DNA of 64,000 bases from Carcharhinus amblyrhynchos (Eukaryota). The notes under the pieces are model-generated. The model was not told where the DNA came from and did not search any database. It saw nothing but the letters and a program-made list of their open reading frames with translations. The stretch covers positions 94,240,001 to 94,304,000 of the forward strand of contig OZ336871.1 in the NCBI GenBank assembly GCA_965287045.1. Reading direction: 5' to 3'. Positions within the stretch are counted from its first letter, which is position 1; each line of letters starts with the position of its first letter. A program made the position numbers and the translations under genes. Of this stretch, positions 38,694 through 49,447 are shown piece after piece.

Positions 38694-41566
38694 GAACATA
38701 GAACATAAACATAGAACATAGAACATTACAGCGCAGAACAGGCCCTTCGGCCCACGATGTTGCGCCGACCAGTTACAAAAACAATGACCCACTAGCCTAT
38801 ACCAATCCCTTTTCGTCCATAAACCTATCCAGAGATCTCTTAAACGCCCCCAAACTAGACGCATTTACAACTGCAGCAGGCAGGGCATTCCAATCCCTCA
38901 CCACCCGCTGGGTAAAGAACCTACCCCTGACATCCGTCCTGTAGCTACCCCCCCTTAATTTAAAGCCATGCCCCCTCGTGCTAGCTTTCTCCATCCGAGG
39001 AAAAAGGCTATCACTATCCACCCTATCTAAACCTCTAATCATCTTATATGTTTCAATAAGATCCCCTCTTAGCCGCCTTCTTTCCAATGAAAACAACCCT
39101 AGATCCCTCAGTCTCTCCTCATAGGACCTCCCCACCATACCAGGCAACATCCTAGTAAACCTCCTCTGCACCCTCTCCAACGCCTCCACATCCTTCTTGT
39201 AATGCGGGGACCAGAACTGCACACAGTACTCCAAGTGCGGCCGCACTAGAGTAGTGTACAGTTGCAACATTACACTGCGACTCCTAAATTCAATCCCCCT
39301 ACCAATAAACGCCAAGACACCGTACGCCTTCTTGACAACCTTATCTACTTGATTCCCAACTTTCAGGGATCTATGTACACACACACCTAGATCCCTCTGT
39401 TCATCCACACTATTCAAAGCCCTCCCGTTAGCCCTATACTCGACACATCTGTTGCTCCTACCAAAGTGAATTACCTCACACTTCTCCGCATTAAATTCCA
39501 TCCGCCACCTCTCGGCCCAGCTCTGCAACCTATCTAAGTCTCCCTGCAGACTATGACACCCTTCCTCACAATCTACCACACCTCCAACTTTGGTGTCATC
39601 AGCAAATTTACTAATCCACCCAACTATACCCTCATCCAGATCATTAATAAAAATTACAAACAACAGTGGCCCCAAAACAGATCCCTGAGGCACACCACTC
39701 GTAACTGCACTCCATGATGAATATTTACCATCCACCACCACCCTCTGTCTCCTATCTGATAGCCAATTCCTGATCCAACTTCCTAGATTACCCACAATCC
39801 CATACATCTGCATTTTCTGCAGAAGCCTCCCATGGTGAACCTTATCGAACGCCTTACTAAAATCCATGTATACCACGTCAACTGCCTTACCCCTATCCAC
39901 CTCTTTGGTCACCTTCTCAAAAAACTCAATAAGGTTAGTAAGGCACGACCTACCTGCTACAAAACCATGCTGACTATTTCTAATCAATTCATTACACTCC
40001 AAATAACTATAAATCCTATCCCTAATAATTTTTTCTAAAACCTTGCCCACAACAGAAGTAAGACTCACCGGTCTATAATTCCCGGCAAAGTCTCTGTTCC
40101 CCTTCTTAAACAATGGGACAACATTCGCTATCCTCCAATCCTCCGGGACTACACCAGAGACCAATGACGACCTGAAGATCTGAGCCAGAGGCTCTGCAAT
40201 CACCTCTCTAGCCTCCCAGAGAATCCTAGGGTAGATCCCATCCGGACCAGGGGACTTATCTATTTTCAGCCCCTCAAGAATTTCCAGCACATCCTCTTTA
40301 TCAACCGTAATACTGTCTATTTTACACCCCTGCAACCCAATGTCCTCCTCAGCTATATTCATGTCCCCCTGCGTGAACACCGAAGAGAAATATTGGTTCA
40401 ATACTTCTCCAATCTCCTCCGGTTCCACACACAACTTCCCCCTGCTGTCTGTAACTGGCCCTAATCTTGCCCTGACCAACCTTCTGTTCTTGACATACTT
40501 ATAGAACGCCTTAGGATTCTCCTTAATCCTATCAGCCAAAGTCTTCTCATGTCCTCTTTTAGCCCTTCTCAACTCACTCTTCAACTCCCTCCTAGCCAAT
40601 CTAAAGCTTTCTAGTGCACTTACTGAGCCCTCCAATCTCATCCGAACATAAGCCTCCTTTTTCTTTTTAACCATTGACTCAACTCTTTTAGTGCACCACG
40701 GTTCCCTAGATCTACCAAATCCACCATGCCTGACAGGGACATACCTATCAAGGACTCGCAGTAGCTGCTCCTTGAAAAAACTCCACATTTCAGACGTTCC
40801 CAGTCCCTGTAATCCCCTAATCCAATCCATGCGTCCTAATTCACTCCTGATAGCCTCATAATCGCCCTTACCCCAGCTAAAATTGCTGACCCGAGGTTCA
40901 TGCCTATCTCTTCCCATCACTAAGGTGAACGTAACCGAATTGTGGTCACTATCACCAAAATGCACACCAACTTCCAAGTCTAGCACCTGGTCTGGCTCAT
41001 TTCCCAGCACCAAATCCAATATAGCCTCACCTCTAGTTGGCCTGTCTACATACTGAGACAAAAAACCTTCCTGCACGCTTTGTACAAACACTGACCCCTC
41101 TAGCGAGCTAGAACTATAGCAACTCCAATCAATATTCGTAAAGTTAAAGTCCCCCATAACAATTACCCTATTACTTTCACTCCTAACCAGGATTGTCTCC
41201 GCAATCCTTTCCTCAACCTCTCTAGAACTTTTAGGAGGTCTATAAAAGACTCCCAACAGGGTGACCTCTCCTCTCCTATTTCTAATCTCCGCCCATACTA
41301 CCTCAACTGACAAGTCCTCATCAAACTTTCTCTCCGACACTGTGATACAGTCCTTGACTAGCAATGCTACCCCACCCCCCCTTCTACCTTCTTCTCTACT
41401 CCGACTAAAGCATTTGTACCCCGGAACCTGCAACATCCATTCCTGACCCTGCTCTATCCATGTCTCAGAAATGGCCACAACATCAAAGTCCCAGGTACTG
41501 ATCCACGCTGCAAGTTCATCCACTTTATTGCGAATACTCCTCGCATTAAAGTACACGCATTTCAGT
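38694..41566 (-). mobile_element. Young CR1 LINE truncated at the start of ORF2
   Basis: Complete ORF2, short 3' UTR, (GTTCTAT)n tail at 38694-38726; no ORF1 or 5' UTR. Confidence 0.97.
38797..41556 (-). CDS. CR1 ORF2: APE endonuclease plus reverse transcriptase, 919 aa, uninterrupted
   Basis: APE motifs NARS, SETW, GGGV, YRPP, GDFN, SDH; RT motifs KSPGPDG, NYRPVSLTS, QHGF, DFSKAFD, GVPQGSVLGP, FADD. Listed start is GTG, with no upstream in-frame ATG. Confidence 0.95.
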   Translation of the reverse strand: MYFNARSIRNKVDELAAWISTWDFDVVAISETWIEQGQEWMLQVPGYKCFSRSREEGRRGGGVALLVKDCITVSERKFDEDLSVEVVWAEIRNRRGEVTLLGVFYRPPKSSREVEERIAETILVRSESNRVIVMGDFNFTNIDWSCYSSSSLEGSVFVQSVQEGFLSQYVDRPTRGEAILDLVLGNEPDQVLDLEVGVHFGDSDHNSVTFTLVMGRDRHEPRVSNFSWGKGDYEAIRSELGRMDWIRGLQGLGTSEMWSFFKEQLLRVLDRYVPVRHGGFGRSREPWCTKRVESMVKKKKEAYVRMRLEGSVSALESFRLARRELKSELRRAKRGHEKTLADRIKENPKAFYKYVKNRRLVRARLGPVTDSRGKLCVEPEEIGEVLNQYFSSVFTQGDMNIAEEDIGLQGCKIDSITVDKEDVLEILEGLKIDKSPGPDGIYPRILWEAREVIAEPLAQIFRSSLVSGVVPEDWRIANVVPLFKKGNRDFAGNYRPVSLTSVVGKVLEKIIRDRIYSYLECNELIRNSQHGFVAGRSCLTNLIEFFEKVTKEVDRGKAVDVVYMDFSKAFDKVHHGRLLQKMQMYGIVGNLGSWIRNWLSDRRQRVVVDGKYSSWSAVTSGVPQGSVLGPLLFVIFINDLDEGIVGWISKFADDTKVGGVVDCEEGCHSLQGDLDRLQSWAERWRMEFNAEKCEVIHFGRSNRCVEYRANGRALNSVDEQRDLGVCVHRSLKVGNQVDKVVKKAYGVLAFIGRGIEFRSRSVMLQLYTTLVRPHLEYCVQFWSPHYKKDVEALERVQRRFTRMLPGMVGRSYEERLRDLGLFSLERRRLRGDLIETYKMIRGLDRVDSDSLFPRMEKASTRGHGFKLRGGSYRTDVRGRFFTQRVVRDWNALPAAVVNASSLGAFKRSLDRFMDEKGLV

Positions 41567-41813
41567 TTTTGGTATGTAACATATCAAGTTAGTTATATCA
41601 ACTTGCAGGTTGTGATTGAACTTGCACATCAAGAAAGTTGAAGTTCCTACCACAGATTTCTCTGGGTCACTCTGCAAGGCTTCTGTCGGTGTAGGCAGCT
41701 AGTGCGCTTGATTTGCCACTGAGTGCAAAGTCCTGGCCACAAATCCTCAACATTTGTGCAATTTTGAACAAAATGCATTACCAGTTGCCGATTGCACTCA
41801 AAAGTGGAAGTCT

Positions 41814-42220
41814 ATTTGATTTGATTTATTATTGTCACATGTATTAGCGTACAGTCAAAAGTCTTATTTCTTGTGCAATATATAAACAAAGCATACTGTT
41901 CATAGAGAAGGAAAGGAGCGGGTGCAGAATGTAGTATTACACTCATAGCTAGAGTGTAGAGAAAGATCAGTTTAGTGCGAGGTAGGTTTATTCAAAAATC
42001 TGATGGCAGCAGAGAAGAAGTTGTTCTTGTGTCGGTTGGTACGTGACCTCAGATTTTTGTATCTTTTTCCTGATGGAAAAAGGTGGAAGAGAGAATGCTC
42101 GGGGTGTATGGGATCCTGAATTATGCTGGCTGCTTTGCCGAGGTAGTGGGAAGTGTAGATGGAGTCAATGGATGGAAGGCTGGTTTGTGTGATGGACTGT
42201 GCGTCATTCACGATCCTTTG
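41814..42220 (-). mobile_element. Rex1/Babar LINE 3' fragment
   Basis: AQSITQTSLPSIDSIYTSHYLGKAASIIQDPIHPEHSLFHLFPSGKRY; (AAATC)n tail. Confidence 0.9.
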
Positions 42221-43138
42221 TCCAACCCTTTAATCCTCATAATCAGATCCACTATTTTACATGGACTAATGACCTGATACTCGAGCTGTTTTGTCATCAT
42301 TTTTTGAACATAGCTACTGCATGAATTTGTATCCAATCAAATGATAATTTCTAGTACTGAACAGTCATCTCATCATGCTTGCATTTGCTTCACAGAGGCT
42401 TTTTCTCAACATTCTGGAACAAAACCTATCTGATCTGTCTCTACCTCGCATATATCTTGCCTTAGTTATACAATATTATCTTTTACATTTTAACCTGTCC
42501 AAGTCTTACAAAAACTTCAGCTTACTGATGATAATGCAGAGATTGGGTATAGAGAGTCAGAAGATCAGTGCCTGGACTGGAAGTGCAGATCCAGTGGCAG
42601 TTAGTGTATGACAATGGATGAGGGAAAAACTGATGAACAATGTTTCACCTGGAGGAGGAACTATCTATGTAGCAAAGAGGCAGGCCTGACATTGAGAGGA
42701 GACTGAAGAGGTTTCTGTTGATAGGGAGATGTATCTAAAGCTGTAACTTTCACTGATACATACAAACTGAAAAAGTACTGTAGAAAAATTGGTTGACAGA
42801 AAATAAAGTGGCTTCAGCTGGATGGGACTAGAAGGATCTGGTTCAAGAGTGAAGTGGTTTAGAGGCAGTAGTAAGGCTTTAGTACAATACAAGCCAAAGA
42901 GTTAACGTTTAGGTGGTTGAAGGAAGGGGATATGGGAATAGATTAGACCTATTGTCAAGGAAAATCACTGAAATAGACTTCAAAGTAATTTCTATGTATT
43001 TCTATGCAATCATCAATGTTCACTACAATATTACCCACCATGTAATTAAATAAACAATATCCATAATAGTTTAGGAATACTTTACATTGATGTGACAAAT
43101 AGATAGGAAAATAGACTAAACCAAAACTAATACACAAT

Positions 43139-44216
43139 CAGAATGGCCTATGTACTCAAGTTAGCAATTGTGTTTCACTGAAATACAAAATTGGAGGTGT
43201 TATTAATGCAGAACAGTCATTTTCAGCTTCTATCTACATGATCGAAGATAAATAGTGCATAATCAGTACAACCATTAAGAGTGAAATATTTAAAGGTCTG
43301 ATGCAGGAACATTTTAATTTGAATGAGTATTTGCCGGTTGCTAGCCAATAATTTGTTACATGAGGTTAATTTTTGCGACATCCAAAACTGAACCAATGAA
43401 CTAGTTTCCCTCGGCCTTAACTACTAGAGTACAGCAACCAGCTTTTGAGTGAAGACAACTGAAAGTGAAGCTGAGCAAGGGACTAAAGGTTAAATAGCTA
43501 ACAGAAGCCAGTGAAGAGGGGGCATAACCTGATTTATGGTTTATTGATCTTGTCAGTTCTTAGAACCATCAACACGAATATTAAGGCAAACAATATCAAC
43601 CTGACATCAGTAAATGGGATTTTATTTCCGATGTAAGTTAAGCCATTGATGGATTTAGTGAGACCTCACCTGGTTGAAAAAAACCATTATAAAGCCAGTC
43701 CAGTAATCTGATTGATTGACCCCCTGGTTGTAATAAAATTATATGGTCAGATTCTGGAATTGTGGGGCGTTTGAACTCACTTGCTGTAGTTAGATTGATT
43801 TCATTGGCTATTAGCCACATCACATTACGGAGTGCTCTAAAGGGGTAATTGATTATGTTAAAGGTAATTTACAATTGCAAGTAATTGTTACAAGGGAAGG
43901 AAAATTTACAACGCCAGTTTACATTTCCTGAATTATTCTTACTGCAATCCTATCGGAAATACTTTAATGATAATAATGGAGATCAGGAATGGAAAGAGAA
44001 CTGAGACTCAGAGGAATCAGTCATTTTGCCTTAATCTACAAGCATGATCAAAGCCAGACTTTACAATTTATTAACTAACAGAAGCAACAATTTCTCTGGT
44101 TGCTTTGTGTCATAACAGTGTAAATTGATGTTTGAAGATTTAGTCTAAAAAGACACAGATGTACAAATGCAATGGAAATACCAAACAGAATGGCCTGTGT
44201 ACTCAAGTTAGCAATT
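43139..44216. repeat. 31-bp direct repeat pair 1047 bp apart
   Basis: CAGAATGGCCT(A/G)TGTACTCAAGTTAGCAATT at 43139-43169 and 44186-44216. Confidence 0.85.
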
Positions 44217-44451
44217 CACCAACAAATTTATACATACTTATAAAGCAGCAGCCCCAATCGAGGTGACAACTCAAAAAACAACCTCTTACTGAAAACCAGC
44301 CAACACAATAAAATCATGGGCAAAATAAACAACTTGATGGCAACTGAACAAGTTAAGATTACTTTGTAGGATAACAATTATGTATTGCGATGACATTCAA
44401 CAACTTAATTTGTTCCATGACTTTGGATCAATCAGTATGCGTTGATCACTT

Positions 44452-44735
44452 CATAGAATTTACAGTGCAGAAGGAGGCCATTCAGCCCATCAAGGTCTGT
44501 ACCAACCACAACCTCATCTACACTGTATCCCCATGAATTTATCCTAGCCAGTCTCCCTGACACTGAGGGGCAATTTTAGCATGGCCAAGCAACCTGACCC
44601 ACACATCTTCAGACTGTGGGAGGAAACCCACACAGACACAGGGAGAACATGCAAACTCCACAGACAGTGACCCAAGCCAGGAATCAAACCCGAGTCACTG
44701 GTGTTGAGGCAGCAGTGCTAACCACTACACAGCCC
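44452..44735 (-). mobile_element. HE1-like V-SINE
   Basis: Homologous to other copies, with small deletions. Confidence 0.88.
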
Positions 44736-45214
44736 TAATTTTTCCTTCAAAAGGAAATTAGGGATGACCAACATCCCAAGAATTTAAAAAGACAAAGATG
44801 TTCTTTGATCCCTTTAACCCCAAGAACCATCTAACTTCTTGAAAGCATGAAAATGTTACTTCCTCATTCTGCAGGATGCACAACCTGCATTGAAATACTG
44901 TGATACCACGAGCTCTCGAGCAATATTATTTGTACACACGTATTTAAGAATTTAAAAAGTGGCCAGGTCCCCGAGCAAGGTCCTCACTCAGGCACCTGGA
45001 ATGTCAAGTCACCAGGTGGCACATGTATCCCTCAGAGATGAATCACAACCCTTTGCACAGAGCTGTTTTTCCAGTTCTGTATTATATTTTCTTGCATTTT
45101 TTATGTTGAAAAATACAATGCTGACTGTCAGTGTGATTGCTGGTGTTGTTACATATAGCAGGCAGGGAAATTCTCTGATGCATTTGAAAAATTTGACACT
45201 AAAGAGTTTTGCTT

Positions 45215-45417
45215 TACATAGAAAATAGAAGCAGGAGGAGGCCATTTGGCCCTGCGAGCCTGCTCCACCATTCATCATGATCATAGTGGATCGTCCAACT
45301 CAATAGCCTAAATCCTGCTTTCTCCCCATAACTTTTGATCCCATTTGCATCAAGTGCTATATCTAGCCACCTCTTGTTTTGGCATCAACTAATTCCTATG
45401 GCAATGAATTCCATAGG
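45215..45417 (-). mobile_element. CR1 3' end fragment
   Basis: ACATAGAAAATAGAAGCAGGAGGAGGCCATTTGGCCC..., homologous to 16243-16450. Confidence 0.85.
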
Positions 45418-47695
45418 CCAAATTAAAAGGCAAACAAGTGCTGAGATGCACAGTTATAACCCTGAGCATTAGTCAAAATGAGGAAACTTGTTTGTGGTAG
45501 CTCCAGCCCTGTGTGTTCTTGCGCATAGTAGTTATTAAAATTTTCATTCAAATACGTTGTTAGCTTTAAGCCAATTTTTTCTTCCTCATGGGATTTTCCA
45601 ACGCCTAGGGCAGTGGGAATCTAGTACTAACCACTACTGGTTTCCAAAAATGGAAACCATACTGGGGTGGGTTGCAGGGGAGGCGGGCGATGGGGTTGGG
45701 GGTCGGGTTGCGAAGGTCATTGAAGTTCCTGGGTAATTTGGAAATGGCTGGGTAATCCCCTGACACTGACCCCTGACATCTTGCTAGCGCCAACTTGGCA
45801 GTGCCAACCCAGCCCTTTTGAAAATGGTCCCACAATCTCCAAGAAGCTGGCTTTGCTGGCATCTTCAGGCACGCATTCTAAAAAAAAATCTAAGTGTGAG
45901 AGAAGTGAAAAACTTCCCAGGCTCCAAATCACACCAACGCTCCAAGTGGAAATTCTTTTGGGAGAATTCCTACATCTCTAACTTTTCCCAGTTCTGATGG
46001 TGAAAATTCGGATCTGAAACATTGGTCAGAATTCTCCTATCTCTTACACCCCAGTGCTTCTGCCAACAAGAAGGGAGAATTTGGCGCTCAGATGTTGTTG
46101 CCACCTGCTGAGCATTTCCAGCATTTTCTGTTCAGATTTGCAGTTTTCTATTTTTAGCTTAGCAAAGGTTCAAACCAGGTTCGTCTGGGTGAAGTAGAGT
46201 TTTCCATTGGTTGAAGATGATTTGCACATGGAGAGAGCCAGAAATAAAATTATGCTGGTTTTTCAGTTGGAGCTTGCAAGCAACAAGTAGCTTGCAAAGA
46301 AGAAAGATAAAAAACATTGGTAGATATGAAAAGTCTGTAAATAGTACATAAGGTTTGCAGAATATCAAACATTTCTGTTCTTAATATTTCACCTTATCAG
46401 ATCAAATATCAGAAGGTTAAGGCAATACTTGCTTCAAAAGTACAATTTGAGAAAGATGAAATAACATCAAAAACTACTGCCACAGGTAATGAAATTCACC
46501 ATTTCTAAGCTGCTTATGAAAACCAATACTGCAAACGCCACTGACCATAACATGTAGCTTATTCGATAAATAATAGAGATGACACTTTTTCCCTGTATAG
46601 TGACAGCACTGTGCGATAATAAAATACAGCACTCCAAAACTCTCTGAACATTCAGCACGTCTTGAATTCAGAAGAGTTTACAAAATTGCTTTTGACATAG
46701 ACGATGATGATATTTCTACTAAATACGTGAAGTGCTATTAATTATATATGGAGTCAATGTTAAAATATTCAAGGATATAGTAGACAAAATAAATCCAATT
46801 TTACTCTGTTTTTGAGCATGTAATTTATGTTACAGCTTAAAAGATGTTAACAACCTCTTTGTGCATTTTGTAAGTTTTCCTCGCACTCCTATCTATTTCA
46901 GATTAGAATTATGGAAACTACTGAATTGCAGCATTATCATCATCTCTAGTCTGTGAATATACAAAAAGAAAAGCTTGAAATGCAGCCCGTCCATCAACAA
47001 TAAAAAGCACAAAATACAGGCTAACATTTCAGCTCCAAAGCCTGCTTCTGAGGGCATTTGCCAACAATTGTAACCAATTTTCAAATGTTAATGAGCCTGC
47101 TGCATATTTCCACCATTTTCATTTATAAACTTTGATTCTGTTTCAAAGCAGAACTACAATTGGAAAATATCATGAGAGTTTATTCACATGTGAAAATAAG
47201 AATTGTTTCATCACAAAGACTGTTTACTTTCACCGCTGTACATTGCATTCCCCTCCATCTCTCATGGAGCCCAAAACCAATGAGCAAGTGCCAACTATAT
47301 TTCTTGGACTTTGGTTCTGCACCTGGGTCCTGCTCATTATTTTTAAAGGTCCATGGAGTCTTCCTGACTCTGGGGAAATCTGCTCTCAAGTTGAAATCTC
47401 CACCAAACCAATCACTAGTTACAAAACACGAGCTACGGACCAGCTGCTCACACTGGCGGGATATCCCAGTCCTGCTGAGGTTGACTCCTCACAGTGGGGT
47501 TCCTGGCAGTGGGATGGGAAAGCCATGCAAAAACCCATAGAGTTTGGCAGGACTGAATCCAGTGTGGGAAAACCTGCTGAGCTAGATTTTGTTCTTATCA
47601 GAAGTTTATGAATAGTCATTTCCAGCCTGACTGCTTGATAATATCAGGAGCATAAACTGGATTTACCTTCCTGATCCCAGCCGGAATGAGACCAA

Positions 47696-48643
47696 GGGCC
47701 TGATTTTTACCAACAAGTTGCACCCGTTTTTGGGCATGAAAACTTGGTAAAGTCGGGTGTGAGGCGAGTAGCGTGATCTGCGACCGCCTTCTCACCCGTT
47801 CCCCCTTTACCAAGTGCCCAGAATGTCTGCAATCAGCACCATGCCTGAAATGGATGCAACATCAATTTCAATGATTTTTCTCTGGTGGGGGAGTGCAAGG
47901 GTGGAGGAGGGAGACAGGTGAAATAGTTCTCTGGTGAGGCTGGTAGGAGGCCAGATGTATCTCTGGTGGAGAGTGGGGGGGAGGAGGAGGAGGTGGATGG
48001 AGGGCCAGATTGTTCTCAGGTGGGGGAGGGCCAGATCATTCTCTGGTGGGGGGGGGAAGAAGGAGGGCCAGGTTGTCCTCTGTGGGGGGTGTGGGGAGGG
48101 GTGGCGGGTGGCGGGGGGAGCAGGGGGGATGAGAAAGGAGGCAAGCCAGATCATTTTCTGGTGGGGGAGGGGAAGGAAAAGGGCCAGATCGTTCTCTGGT
48201 GAGGGGAATGAGAAGGCGGGTGGGCCAGATCATTCTCTGGTCGGGGGGAGGAGGGGAATGAGGCGGGTCAGATCATTCTTTGTGTGTGATCGGTGGGGAG
48301 GAAGTGGGGCAAGAGGTCACGATTGGTCTGGGTAGTGGGGGGGGGAAGGGTGGGTGGATAAGGGGGACAGTATGTTGTAGGGGTGGGGCAATGTCTATGG
48401 GGACCATTGCTCAATGATGTGGCAGGGGAACATTTTTCAAAGTTTTTTACTGCGCATGCGCAGTTGAAGGCTCCGATCTGAGCAGCAGCATTTTGGGCAC
48501 GACAGGGTTTTGCCGTGCGATTCAGATTCGCTGCTTTTTTCTCAGGCAGAGTGCATATGGGGGCACCTGAGAACAGGTTTACAAATCGGATCTGGATCAC
48601 TCCCACACTCAACACTTCGAATCAAAATGGTAAAATCGGGCCC
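47696..48643. mobile_element. Harbinger-type MITE with internal G-rich repeat array
   Basis: TIRs GGGCCTGATTTTTACCA / TGGTAAAATCGGGCCC; 3-bp TSD CAA (47693-47695, 48644-48646). Confidence 0.85.
47875..48290 (+). repeat. About 10 copies of GGGCCAGATCRTTCTCTGGTGGGG with variable G-rich spacers
   Basis: Copies near 47950, 48002, 48028, 48065, 48145, 48181, 48222, 48265, plus partial copies at 47875 and 47926. Confidence 0.85.
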
Positions 48644-49129
48644 CAAAAGTAGCACTTCTTTCTGCCACCCTTGCCAAGATCACCTGGCTTACCACAGAAC
48701 CCTTGCAGATCCAGTTTGGAACCTTGGCTCTGTGTGTGTCTCTGCTGTTTACTGACTAAAGAAGCCACTGAACCGTCAGAGGAATTTCCAACCATTTTAT
48801 GCAATTATTCCCAAGCTACTTTTTTCTGGGCACATTTGATTTTCTATTGGATCAAATTATTGTCACATCTGGTGAAGACAATCTGCAGTACACCAAGGTT
48901 TGGGTCTTGTCTTATACAGTAATTTGTTACACATCTGACAAAGAGAATGGATTTCAAATGGGTTATCTCATTTTAAGCTTTATATTTAGAAAATAGATAA
49001 GCTAGGCATTGAAAACTGGAATTTTTAGTATTCTTTGCGAGACCCTGACTCCAGAATGGTGAAATCTAAAAGACTTGGCTTTCTGCTTTGCCATCATGAT
49101 GGTAGTTGTTGCAGCTGGTTTTTTTAAAA

Positions 49130-49447
49130 ATACATTTTATATTCATGCATGGGATGTGGGTATCACTGACTGGCCAGCATTTATTGCCCATCCCTTGTTG
49201 CCCTTTTTCAGAGGGCTGTGAGTCACACGTAGGTCAGACCAGGTAAGGACAGCAGATTGCATTCCCTAAAGTACATTAGTGAACCAGAAGGGTTTTTCCA
49301 ACAATCAACAATGTTTCATGGTCATCAGTAGATTCTTAATTCCAGATTTATTTTATTGAATTCAAATTCCATGTGGCGAGATTTGAACCTAGATGCCCGA
49401 ATATTACATTAGTCTAACAATAATACCACTCAGCCATCACCTCCCCC
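49130..49447 (-). mobile_element. Second tRNA-derived SINE family copy
   Basis: Homologous to 32266-32612. Confidence 0.85.

Noticed and set aside
47590-47602. TGTTCTTATCAG match to U2 snRNA
   Set aside because: Only about 12 nt match; flanks unrelated
47132-47611. 159-aa ORF
   Set aside because: Overlaps a dispersed repeat also present inverted near 29735-29770; TTG start and no recognisable protein motif
47875-48290. CRISPR-like repeat-spacer array
   Set aside because: Spacers are low-complexity G-runs of irregular length, repeats are degenerate, there are no cas genes, and it lies inside a eukaryotic MITE
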